Under the pieces are notes generated by a model. That model saw only the letters and a program-made list of their open reading frames with translations, ran no database searches and had not been told where the DNA came from. The position numbers and the translations under genes were made by a program. A DNA stretch of 61,945 nt, the filler included, from Choristocarpus tenellus KU-1152 (taxonomy: Eukaryota; Protista; Phaeophyceae): assembly GCA_964200185.2 (NCBI GenBank). It is 9 parts of 9 records of this genome, joined end to end, with 100 filler letters (N's around TTAATTAATTAA, not from the genome) between each part and the next. Parts side by side here need not be neighbours in the genome. Positions count along the whole stretch, not along the records: positions 36,029 to 39,548 come from CAXNAD020019479.1; positions 39,649 to 49,664 come from CAXNAD020003203.1; positions 49,765 to 53,605 come from CAXNAD020017622.1; 6 more parts are not named here. The stretch is one strand, 5' to 3'. This document shows, piece after piece, positions 39,508-51,571 of this stretch. Each line of letters starts with the position of its first letter. The stretch's first letter is position 1.

Positions 39508-42310
39508 CGGCTCGGTATAAAAATTTTTTTTTTACAAATATTTACAATNNNNNNNNNNNNNNNNNNNNNNNNNNNNNNNNNNNNNNNNNNNNTTAATTAA
39601 TTAANNNNNNNNNNNNNNNNNNNNNNNNNNNNNNNNNNNNNNNNNNNNCCCCCTCCTTGCATCTATGTTGCCATTACAACCGATGGAACGGTCTCAATCA
39701 GAGAGGCCTGTGGCATTGTGTTCGGCGAAGCTTAAGCAGTCACGGGCGCTTCGCATGCTGGGGATAGGTAGAGGTGGCCCCAAGACAGAGGGTGAAACTG
39801 CCACACTGCTCGCGGTGAGTGCCAAGTGCCAAGTGCAAGGGGAACTCCATGCCAGGTAGAATGCTTTCCTTGATTTCCATCAGAGGATAATTCCAGCACC
39901 CCCCCTCCCTTCTCCCACTCATAACACATTCTCTTCCTGTATCCCCAGGAAGCAGAGGCTGTGGCAAGAGAAGCGATAAATACTTACTGCAAGGAGGTTC
40001 CGTCATGGCTCCATCTTAGTGATGTCTTGGTAGACCAGGTTCGGCCTTTCCCAATCTCTCCTCTGGCATACTCTGCTACATATTTGGGGTGTACTGCCTG
40101 TACAGTGGTGTCGACTTTTTGACTGTTACATAATTTTGTGTCGTATTGGTAGTGATGATCAAGTAGGATGTGCAAGTTTTGGGGATATCCTTTCAGTTGC
40201 AATCGACAGCACAAAAAATTGCGTCTCCTGTTTTGCAGGCATCCTTTGGTGTGATCCTCAGTGTGTATGGTAGGATTCTAATCTTTGAACTGGTGAAACT
40301 GTATCTAGAGTTCCAGAGCTAAAGGTGAGGCAGGCCGCAAGACTGAAGTTTGGTGGGTATGCAGCAAGATAATGAGTTGGTGTTACGGTGTTAGAAAGGG
40401 TGCAAGTAGATGTCCGTTATATCTAGCATTCTTCGAGGTTTGTATTGTCTAGTACTAACTTCATACTTCGAAAAGCAAACCGTCATCAAGGTTAACTTCG
40501 CCAAGGTAAGGTAAGGGGAAAAACATAGGGCGGCGGAAACAGAAGAATTTAGAGAGAGTCCAACGGAGTGGAGCTTCTTGCAGCAGTTTCCTTGTCTCCT
40601 TGAAATGTGCGGCTTGTCACCAACCCGGAGGTAAATCTTTGAAGCAACTCTTCTCAGTTGCTTTTACGCAAACAACAGTCAAACAGCGACATGCAGCTAC
40701 CAAAGCGTTAAGAGAGGATCCCCACATACCATCATCGTGCTATTTTCTGTTTTGTGCCCCATCTGTTACTTACAGGGACGAGTCGAGGATGCGTTGCAGA
40801 TACTGGATAAGCTGGTGATTATAGTCCCTTCTGCTCGCCAAAGTGCGCAGGCTAAAGCAGACAGGATTCAGGGCATACAACAGGAGGAGGGATAAGACGA
40901 GAGATAACCTTGTGGCTTGGTGCTTTTGCTTGCTTGGGTCTTTGTTTTTTTGCAGTTCAGCCACGGTCCTACATATATGTATATAATATAATATATATAT
41001 ATACGGTGCTCCGATGAAGTAAAAAATGTCTTCTTTTTTTAAGAAATATATATATTGATGATTCTACCTTTTAAAGTTTTTAATGGTTTTGGTAGAGAGA
41101 GAGGTGTGGGTGCCTCGCTGTTGGACAGGGATTCTTCCTTTGCTCATGCAAGGTCTGCCCTTGAAATTGTACTGTAAGCACACATATTGGCTAATTGATC
41201 GTTGCGTGTACGGCAGGGTGGATGTACCATGTGTGCAGAAAAAAAAAAAGTGGTTTAGTGCATATAGGCGCGCGTGTGTTATTTTGAGAGCATACGGGGG
41301 TAGAGCATGATGCGTCTGGGCGTGGAGAGGGTGGAGAAAGGGTAAGAGGGTTGTCAGTTTGTGGCAGAAGTGGGTGTCTAGATTTTGATGTTCGAAGCTT
41401 TTCCCCTTACAGATGTGTGCTGTTTCATCACGGCGATGGCTGCTGGCATTGGACTTTCAAGGCTATCGCATCTGAACGTAGTGTTAATTTTTGTTCTTTT
41501 TTGCTTATGTTTGTGTGCCTTACCGCAAGAATTTCTTTTTTTTTGTTGTGGAAGGGCTGGCTTGGTGCGTGCAGATGTCCCTCTTACAAAAAAAGAAGAA
41601 ATGTATTTATCGCGAATATGGGATTAGACAGGAGACATCCTTTCCAAAAGGTGGAGGCAGTTTCTTTGTGCTTGGGCGAACTAAAAGCGAACTCCCCCCA
41701 AGCACTCGTTGTTTTCGAGTGTCTGAAATAGATGCCATTGGACCTTGAAAATTGGAAGGGCTGGTGAATCGTCCTCAAGGTATTTATTGTAGTAGAGGTA
41801 TACTTTTTGGTAAGAGTCTCTTCCACAGTTGTGTTTATGTACAAGTCACTTCCAGTGGATACATGAAGGCTTTAATAACTAGTTAACCACTTTGAGGTAC
41901 ATGATAAAAGGTACACTTTAAACCTTCATGCAAGAACACAGAGTTGGAGATGGCGCTTGACACAGCTATCCCTAGCCTTGGCCCTGCACCTTGACCCTGC
42001 AAGCTTGAAGGCACCAACAGACTCCTTGCTCTACCAAAGTGGAATCTATGATTCTAGTATCATCTGGCGATGTGACAATTGATGAGGGAGGGTCTCCCTT
42101 GCTAAGATAGACTACAAATTTGTAAGTGGATTAGCAGTTGAGACTTACGCTCTGTCTCTCATCCCGTGTATTTTTTCTCATTTTGATCATTGTTGGAGGC
42201 TTGATGGGATTTGGGAGGTATCTATTTAAGTGACAAAAAAATAGGTGCAATGGTATGACCACAGAAGATGCTGATGAAGATATTACATACTGAATACGTA
42301 TCATTAGTGG

Positions 42311-42341
<31 letters not shown>

Positions 42342-42496
42342 CAGTATATTTACGTATACCTTTAGAACATCACGGTGATGCACCAATCACCCCAATATCT
42401 GCTTGGTGGGAATCTCTGGATTGTCCTCCAAATTGGCACACTACCAATTGTTTGGCAATGTCATGATTATTTCCCTGGTTGTGAGGATCCAACAGT

Positions 42497-44360
42497 TATT
42501 GAGTATGGAATATGGATCGATAACATACATAGCTAGGGGGCAGGCTTCAGGACGGGAGGTGCTGGTGGTGTTATGCTCAAAATGGATTTAGGGGGAGGAT
42601 GCAAAGGTCGATAGGACCAGTTGTGAAAGTCGGTTGTGTTTTGGTGGTTAGCTGCTGTTAGCGGTTATTGGAGTTGGATGGGTAAATGTTTCTGTAGGTT
42701 GTCTTGATATGTTTTGGTCAGAGGGTAGAACTGCAGTCAGTTGCTGCATTGATGCTTTCCTGTTGTTTTATTTAGTACTGAAGTATGTTGTACAATGAGG
42801 AGGATCTCTGGTATATTGTAGTCTTTGTAGTGATAGAGCGGTTATCAGTTATGGGATGCTCTCTACAATCATTTTGATATTTGAGTAGCTTGTTAAGGGA
42901 GTCATCGCGGCGCTGTAACCTCATGCCTATCCAACAAGAGCAAAGTGATTTGTGCAATTGCCTTCATTATGGTGTTCTTAGGAGGTTGAGACTTCAAAGG
43001 GATCATTAGTATAAAATGTCTCAGATGATGTCTTGAACAGGGTAAAATAATCCTCATCATATGAAAAGTACAACTCCTACCACAGGTGGAGAGTCATGAA
43101 CGTGCAGAAGAGGTGTTCATGTGTTACCTGTATTGCGATTATCTTTGGCCAACCACCTTTGATATATATATATTTTTAAAGGATGGTGGGTATAGTGCTG
43201 GCGTATCAACCATTGTGGTTGCCATGTAGAATTGGATAATGGAAACTGGATTTATGTGAAAGATGTCTATCGTCGATGGCATTCAAACCTGAGAAATTCA
43301 TGGAAGGAACCCCATTAATAATGAGTAAGCCACCAACGATCCTTCTGCAAAAAGAGTCCAAAACTGTGTACCCTAGTTTGACTGTAGTGATGTGTGGGTG
43401 CTTTTCTGGACAGGTTAAGTTGTAGGTGATTGCATATTATTCCTGGATACCAAAGAGGTCTCAGACCAAACTGGAATTGCACAATCTGATTGTCATGCTA
43501 CCAGCACTCTTCGCCCCTCTCTTGCAGGACTCCCCACACCTCTCAGGTATGCTAGTGGGCACATAGGGTTTGAGTAGGAAGTGTCCTATCTCAATTCATC
43601 AAACTTGACCACACAGATACACAGGAATGGCAACAACCTTGATTAGGCCTGCCCTTTCCTTGGCACCTGCTGCCATAGTTGCCTCATCAAACACAGTTCG
43701 GGGGTTGGTTGGACATGCACAAGATCACAGAGTCGCAACGACTCCCAGGAGCAAGTTACTCAAACCTCAAAATGACTGCAAAGGGCCAAAGTAAACCGGA
43801 TGTTCCCAGGTTTTGGCAGTTTTGCATTTTCAGTCAGTTTTTCAATCTTTTGCAGTTCCCCCACATTTCTATGGATGAAACGCGAAGTTGACAGCATTGA
43901 TTGCTCCATGTATTTGAAAATTTTCGACAAGATTTCACAAAAAAATATCTTACATGTGTTCATAAAAATAAAAAATTGCACGTTTTTGTCATCGCCCTTC
44001 AAATGCAACTCTACATACCCCTCGTTTACCTTTACCACAGAGAGCATCCCATAACTGATAACCGCTCTATCATTACAAAGACTACAATATACCAGAGATC
44101 CTCCTCAATGTAGCAACTGATTGCAGTTCTACCCTCTGACCAAAGCATATCAAGACAACATACAGAAATATTTACCCAATACAACTCCAATAACTGCAGT
44201 ACCTAACCACCAAAATACAACCGACTTTCACAACTGGTCCTATCAACCTTTGCATCCTCTCCCTAAATCCATTTTGAGTAGAACACCACCAGTAGCTCCC
44301 GCCCCGGAGCCTACTCCCTAGCTATGCATGTTATCAATCCATACCCATACTCAAGAACTC
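42497..44360. repeat. Long inverted repeat pair (arms 42497-42864 and 44039-44360)
   Basis: AGAGAGCATCCCATAACTGATAACCGCTCTATCA...CCAGAGATCCTCCTCA at 44039 is the reverse complement of ~42795-42864; similarity continues for ~320-370 bp. Confidence 0.85.
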
Positions 44361-45276
44361 GCCATGACAAATGCTATTTGTCAATGTTCAAAATCACCAC
44401 ACCACCTACCTCCTTGCTGCACGTTTGTCAGGTGATGAATATCCATCCCTCCGTGATAGACAAACAATAACAATACAGCCTGGATCAACATGTATCTGTC
44501 CTACTCAAGGTCATGAACAACAACAGAGTCGAAACACTCTTCACATTGTTATTTTCATTTAGTGAGAAGCCAGAATCCAGACCTCAAATCAACATACACA
44601 CAAATCACTCTCCAGTTGAAAAAACGCGCCTCACATTGCTCCTATGGTGTATCCCTCTTACTTCCAACACTTGAAGTAGTAGGAATAGCACAGTCCCCTC
44701 CATTCCCAGCAACAGCGCCAAACTGCCACACCAAGGTCACATTGGCAGTCTCCATCCCACACTCAGTCATCCTGCACCTGATACAAATACTTGAACATCA
44801 TCCTTTCATTACCTCACCTCTTCCTGCTGGATCCCTAGACCAGCTTATCAGCCCTTGGGGAGGGAGAAATGCCTCAACCTCAACCCCAATTTTGAGGATG
44901 GCTCCACACAGCATACATACACAGTATATTCAACCAATAACTGAACAAAATGAAAATAAAATCTTTTGTTTCTCACATCATTTTATCACTATTGGACTAG
45001 ACCACCCTAACCATATTTCACACAAACTAAGTACAGTACTCGTCCTGGTATCACAGGCAGCAATTATTCTGGCTCTGAACCATATCAAAACGTCCAAGAT
45101 ACATAACTCACTGGCATGCATGCCCAGCACATCATGTGCAGACCTCAGAATCCTCGCCCCAGGTCCAAATCGGGAATTCCAAGCACTTGTGTGGTGTTGC
45201 AACAAAGGATCACCGCATGCCCAGAGGGTAACTGTTGGTTGGACCTACCCACCACCTCCAAAGTACCCAACACACT

Positions 45277-46716
45277 CTAACGCACAGGATTCCAATGGTG
45301 CCCATTAGCTCTAAGCCACTCCAAGACATCGAGTTGGCCCTCCTCAAAAGCACACCTTGCAGCTTCCTCAGTACAAGGGCATCCATTGGATTTTGCCCAC
45401 ATTAGAACATCTAGGTGGCCTGTAGATGCAGCAAGGCAGCAGGTTCCCTCATTCCAGGGACAGCCGTTTGCTCTCAACAATTTCAGCATCTCCAGCTGCC
45501 CCTTCCATGCAGCACGAGCAGTGATGCAAATGTCCAATTGGAAACCTCGTGAGATCATCCATCTCAGCACATCCAAGCTTCCCCCTTCTGCAGCAGCGGA
45601 AACGATCCCTGAATGCCATGGACAGCCATTGGCCAAGGCCCACTGCAAGGTCTCGCGGTCCCCCACTCTCGCCGATTGTGTGGAAATTCTAGCATCCCAA
45701 GGGCAGCCTTGAGATTGGGCCCACCTCAAGACACCAAGTAGTCCCTTATCCACAGCAAAAGCGGGGGTGTCTTCATTCCAGGGGCAGCCATTAATCCTGG
45801 CCCACTGCAAGATGTTTATGTGCCCACCCTTGACAGCGGAAGAACAGGTGTTCTCATCCCAGGGGCACCCATTATCCTTGGCCCACACCAACAGCTCCAT
45901 ATGGCCACCCAGGGTAGCCTGGGCACAAGTGTTCTCATCCCAGGGGCACCCGTTATCCCTGGCCCACTTCAAGACCTCAACATATCCTTTCCCTGCTGCA
46001 TTTGTACATGTCTTCTCATCCCAGGGGCACCCGTTGCTCCTCGCCCACTTCAAGACGTCAAGATGCCCCTTTTCTGAAGCAATTGCACACGTCTGCTCGT
46101 CCCAGGGGCACCCGTTGTTTCTCGCCCACTCCAAACAGTCTATATGCCCCCCTTCTGCGGCATGAGCGCAGGTCTGCTCGTCCCAGCGGCACCGGTTTTC
46201 CCTAGCCCACATCAAGGCCTTCAAGTGTCCTCCCTTCGCTGCAAGCTCGCAGGTTGCCTTACTCCACTGGCAACACTTTGTCTTTCCCTTGGGCCTGGCC
46301 CACTTCAATACGTCAATATATCCTACTTCCGCGGCGCGAGCGCAAACTTCCGTACCTCAGGGGCATCTGGTCGCCTTTGCTAAAGTCAGTCGGGAGACGA
46401 ACTCAACTGCGGCTCGAATGCTGGTGCTGGGAGGTCGAGTTCTGAGCCACATCTCCCTCCACGTTCTTGACACCCCGACCACGAAAAGGAATTCTTCGGT
46501 AGGTATAAACGATATGATTTCCACGACTAATGCGTCGGGGACCTTCCCGCCCTCCTCTACTCTCTGCCGAGCGACTTAAGTTTCCCTGGCGTCGTACATT
46601 TCATCCCAACTCCTCGGCTCAACATGGCGAGCGTGTTTCATTTTGTTGACTGTATCGGACTTTCTACCTCTTCCTCTCTTGCGAGGCATCGTTCCTCTTC
46701 CTCTCTTGCGGGGCAT
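45277..46716 (-). pseudogene. Intronless F-box-like plus ~13 x 27-aa ankyrin-like repeat gene with two in-frame stops
   Basis: ATG 46716 is in frame with the 343-aa ORF. VPDALVVEIISFIPTEEFLFVVGVSRTWREMW is F-box-like. Stops are TAA 46578-46576 and TGA 46359-46357. Repeat unit WDExTCxxAAxGGHLxVLKWARxNGCP. Confidence 0.85.
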
Positions 46717-47151
46717 CGTCAGATTTTTTCCTTCGATTCGACAGGAGAGGATGATGTTCTTGCTAGGTGTAAGTGTCAGTAGGTAAGGTCCACAATTGAA
46801 CTGTCAATCACAGTTCAATTGGGAGTTGTAATCCACTGAAGGCTTATCACGAAAATAATGACTAGTAGTAGTAGTGTAGTATGACTAGAGCACTTTTATA
46901 TATTATATATTTTTTTCCTTACGGATTTCCACATAAGTCCACTCATATTATATTAATATAGCATATTTCATTTGGAAGATATGTCAGAAGAAAAAACTAT
47001 GGAAAAACTGTTGACATATGTCAGAAAAATCCCTAAGGTCATCTTTTGTACGTACATTTGGTTTAGCTGTTTGATTTTGCTTTTTTCTGAAAACCTGAAG
47101 GGTAAAAAGAGAACTGGAAAAATGTTATTGAAATGAGTTATACTAACTATA

Positions 47152-49342
47152 CAATAGCTTCGCCATCTGGGGTTGTCCCTTCATAACGTTTGATGTAGAA
47201 ATCGCTTAAAAAAATAAAAAGCATATTCGTGATGCCCGTCACAATGCCTTCCAGAGTAAGGCCTTCGGGGGTTTTTCTCGCCATTTTTTTTGTTTTTGAC
47301 GAAAGAGCGCTCATATTGGGGTTCGAACCCTGGATTGTAGGTCACCAAGAGTGGCAACAGATACACTATTACTTGATTGAAGTATAGGGTTTAGCTGGCA
47401 AAAAAGCCTCCCCATCCTTTCTTCATGTGTGTTCGTGCACCCACTCTTTGACCTCGGCAAGGATGTCCTCGTCGAGGCCCAGAACGAAACGCCTCTCGTA
47501 CCGCCCTTGCTCCTACACCTTGATGTGGACCTTAGGCAGTCTCTCTCCCATCTACTCACAGTTTTCGCTGTGAGCATCGCATACCCTGCTGCCATCTTGA
47601 GCGACGTTTGACCGTCTTTCCCGTCGTTCATACGCAGTGGTACAGGATTTGCAGTGTTAGAGCTTTTACTATCACATTTCCCCGTTGAGCACTGGAAATG
47701 GACGTCATCCGTGTTTCCTGGGCGGATGATATTTTATCAAGGCGCAAGGGCGAGGGGGGACCAGCTTGAGTTGATCGAAAATTGTCTTAATTTCTCGAAT
47801 GAATGCAGAATGAGGAGTAACCCTTAATCAACTTTATACATCCAACCCTACGTCCAGGAACAAAAGTGAATGTAAAGCATCTTGCAATACCTTTTACACC
47901 ATGCCACCAGTATGAAAATAATCTCAATCTCACCTCCTCTTCTTCCCTGGCATCCTCATCTATGGCTACCTCCACCTGCTTCCCGACCTCTTCTAAGTAA
48001 TGGATTTGGTGGTAGCGAAACATCTCCACAGCTGCAAGTGTTACGATCGCTTTCTCCTCCGCCTTGCGAGCCCTTTCGACCGCTTTCAGGCTTCAGAGCC
48101 CTTGTAGCCCCACCCTAACACCTTCTTTCTCGCTTCCCTAAGCTACTCTGGCTCGTATAGATTCCAAACAGCCAGGACCTGCTGTAACTGTCGACTACTA
48201 AGATATTCTACACCCGGGTTTTGGCCTTGGCATTTCCTGAGCGCAATGCCACGCAGTCGCACTGCTCTCCTCCCCAACCTTACCTTTGGCCAGCCACCCT
48301 GGTTCTCCCTTCGCCTGATGTGACCAGGCTTCCCCACAGACTTCGTCACTGTACCACCTGGTGACACACTCGCCACTCTTTTCCTCCTTTCCCAAGGTGG
48401 TAGAGACTGCAGAGCAGTGCTCCGCATCAGTTGAAGATCCAACCACGTTTGTGTGGTAATGTTTTCAATGCATCTTCTCTCAGCGCCAATGTCGCAGCCG
48501 CGTGGTCCATTTCACGATTTGATCATGCTGCTGCGCCACTCTACACGCACTTTCTCGTCACCTAACATCGCACTGAGTGTCACACGGTCAGTCAAAGTAT
48601 CTTAGAGGGTAGGGCCGCGTCCATTTGGGGGGTGAAACCCAATGCTGCAATTTTGATTTAATTTTGGATATCATGTTTGTTAAAATGTCAATATTCTTGT
48701 TTTCTGGACACACATTTTCATAACATACACATTTTACCTACTCCAAAAAAAATTGGAGTAGGTAAAATGTCATTAAAAACCCATGGGAATCCAAGTCCCA
48801 AAAGGACAAACAGGGAAACACTCGTACCCCTCTAAGATACTTTCACTCCGGTACTTGTTTTTCTGTCGCCCCTCGACAGACGAAGGTGTCGAGGGTAGAT
48901 CCAGGGGGCAGAGTGGCCTCGGCGGCTCTCCTTTTCTCACTGTCGTGATCCATATTGCTGTGTGGGTCACCAGTGTGTGTGTTCACAAAAAGTCTGCAAA
49001 AGGCGTTAAGATGTCCGAGAATCTTGTTTTTGTTTCGGTATGACCACCCCCAATGTATATTAGCAGGGGCCTACATCAAACCAGGTTTTTGCGGGAAATT
49101 CAGCCAACAACTTCATTTTTGTACCTTTTGAGGTTGTGACTATCAACATTGCGCCGGAGTTATTCCCCTGCGTTTTTACCATTTTTTGATCGGGATATAG
49201 TTCCGGTTCACTGGAGTTAGTACATTCCTGCATACAAATCTTCAACCTCTCTCGGCGTTAATTTGATATGTATATTGTTGCATACCTCTCATGGCAAGAC
49301 AGTGAAAAAAAACAAGATTGCCACAGACCGCGAAGCTATTGG
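47152..49342 (-). mobile_element. IS630/Tc1/mariner-type deletion derivative, copy 2, with both TIRs and TA flanks
   Basis: TA|CAATAGCTTCGCCATCTG ... CAGACCGCGAAGCTATTGG|TA; colinear with 33578-35330; carries a MITE A insertion. Confidence 0.82.
48589..48848. mobile_element. MITE family A copy, TSD CGGT
   Basis: CGGT on both flanks; the empty site is visible in the paralogous element at ~35011-35022 (CACATGGTACTC). Confidence 0.95.
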
Positions 49343-49490
49343 TACCACTTACGCTTCTAGCCTAGTTTAGCCCTACACAAGTGGGCGAGGAGGTAGGGAA
49401 GCATCCGAAGAACTTGTCAGGTCCCTTCTTGCCCACCTACCCAGTATCTCTATCTTGAAACGCATGGCCTGTCTCAAAGGAGTGACTTGA

Positions 49491-49664
49491 GACTCAAAGT
49501 ATCTGGGTGGGGGTGGCGTCTGTGCACTTCGGGTCAATTTTTTCGTTTCGCGATTTTTGGGTGATTTGGTTGCATACGTCAGATGAATAATGTTAATGCA
49601 CTTTTCCTGATTTTGGTTCAAATGGACACCCTAGTGTAGATCCCCCCCCCCCCCCCGGAACCTT
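49491..49664. mobile_element. MITE family B copy, broken at its polyC tract near the contig end
   Basis: GACTCAAAGTATCTGGGTGGGGG...AAATGGACACCCTAGTGTAGA-polyC. Confidence 0.8.
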
Positions 49665-49784
49665 NNNNNNNNNNNNNNNNNNNNNNNNNNNNNNNNNNNN
49701 NNNNNNNNTTAATTAATTAANNNNNNNNNNNNNNNNNNNNNNNNNNNNNNNNNNNNNNNNNNNNAATTAACAATCATAGTTTTT

Positions 49785-49953
49785 TTGGGGGGGGGGGGGA
49801 GTTCTACACCAGTGTGTCCATTTGGGTCAAAATCAGGAAAAGTGAATTTACATTATCCATCCGAAGTATGCAACCAAATCACCCAAAAATCGTGACACAA
49901 CAAAATTGTCCCCAAATGGACAGCCTCCACCCCCACCCCCAGATACTTTGAGC
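49785..49953. mobile_element. MITE family B copy (left end damaged)
   Basis: polyG...CCCCCAGATACTTTGAGCC. Confidence 0.8.
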
Positions 49954-49988
49954 CCTACCACGAATTGTCGATAGGTTGATAGGTTGCT

Positions 49989-50169
49989 GGCTCAAAGTAT
50001 CTGGGGGGGAGGGGGATGGCTGTCCATTTGGGGCCCATTTTTTCCATGCTGCGATTTTTGGGTGATTCAGTTGCATGGATTGGATGGATAAAGTAAATAC
50101 ACTTTTCCTGGTGAGGGCCCGAATGGACACCCTGGTGTAGGCCCTCCCCCCCCCCAGATACTTTGAGTC
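49989..50169. mobile_element. MITE family B copy
   Basis: GGCTCAAAGTATCTGGGGGGG...CCCCCCAGATACTTTGAGTC. Confidence 0.9.
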
Positions 50170-50638
50170 CCTTCGCTTACACAAATATGTCTGATATATC
50201 TGCCACGCTCCAGTCATAGTTATCAGGAGAACACAAGCCTACTCAAGTTGGAGTTGAAGCTGCTTGTTGTGTTGTTTAAGCATTACGGTGGGTTGCCATA
50301 CCTTTCAAGTAACTACTACATAGTAGATACATGCTGTATTGTTTGAAATAGTTTCACGAGCTTAATGCTTCTTTGCTGGTTAACATGCTGGGCTAAAAAG
50401 GCTTCAATGCCACTCTTTTTGCTGTCACCTACTCAGGTACTTGGTGTAGTACTGAATCAGTCTCTATTATCTGCTATTTCTACACTTATTGGAACACAAC
50501 ACGCACAATCTCTGGCTTCATTGGTTGACTCCTCATCTCATGTCCAGGCCACAGTAGCCAGTTATGCGTCTGGCCCACACTAAATTACCTTGATTAGTTA
50601 CAATGGGAAAGGTCCGTGCATGCAACAAACATGTTCCT

Positions 50639-50820
50639 GACCCAAAGCATCTGAGCGGGGGGGGGGGGGGTCTAAACCATTATGTCCATTTGGGTCATAA
50701 CCAGGAAAAGTGTCCTTACATTATCCATGCGGCATGTACAACCAAATCACAAAAAAATCGCGACATGAAAAAATTGACCCCAAATGGACAGCCGCCACCC
50801 CCCCCTAGATTCTTTGAGCA
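50639..50820. mobile_element. MITE family B copy
   Basis: GACCCAAAGCATCTG-polyG...polyC-TAGATTCTTTGAGC. Confidence 0.8.
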
Positions 50821-51312
50821 CACATGTCTGTACATGGCGTATCACATTGGTATCGAGGAGATACCAAATTGAACCCGCATCTGAGACTATATTCACTTTC
50901 GTCAGGGGACTATCCCAACACACAATCAGAGGCACTTCATACTGCATTCCTTCTGATGCTAAGCACTTCAGCCTAACTGTTTCACTACAACTAATTATCC
51001 TGCTTCCATTCATGGCTTGCTTCTCCGATATCATAGCAGGTAACAACTGTTTCAGGCATGCACAAAGGGTTTGACTAGGTGCTCGAAACAAACACGGTGC
51101 TCAATCTCCAACCCAACGACCAACCTTTATTACCCTATCACACGCCAAAATTCTAAGTTCTAACTCAAGAAAGGAATTTGTTCTTCGTTAGGTTGGGAAG
51201 TCTCTGATTATATATCATAGTTCAGGATAATCCAGCCATGCTCTTGATTGTAATGTTTCTCAGAAGGCCAGGGCATATGATATGGTGTCATGTAGCATTT
51301 TTTTGTAGCCAG

Positions 51313-51571
51313 GAGTCAAAGTATCTTAGAGGGTAGAGCTGCGTCCATTTGGGGTCCAAAACCCAATGTTGCGATTTTGATGTAATTTTGGTTATCGTGT
51401 TTGTTAGGAAGTGTCAATATCCTTGTTCCAGACACACCTTTTCATGACGTATACATTTTACCTTCTCCGAAATATCTTGTGGTAGGAAAATGCCATAAAA
51501 AACCCCGAGGGAAGCCAAGTCCCAAATGGACAAACAGGGTAAAACTTGTACCCTCTAAGATACTTTCACTC
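51313..51571. mobile_element. MITE family A copy, TSD (C)CAG
   Basis: Near-perfect 23-bp TIR GAGT(C/G)AAAGTATCTTAGAGGGTA. Confidence 0.95.

Noticed and set aside
44562-45308. 248-aa plus-strand ORF
   Set aside because: No motif, no ATG start and no splice support.
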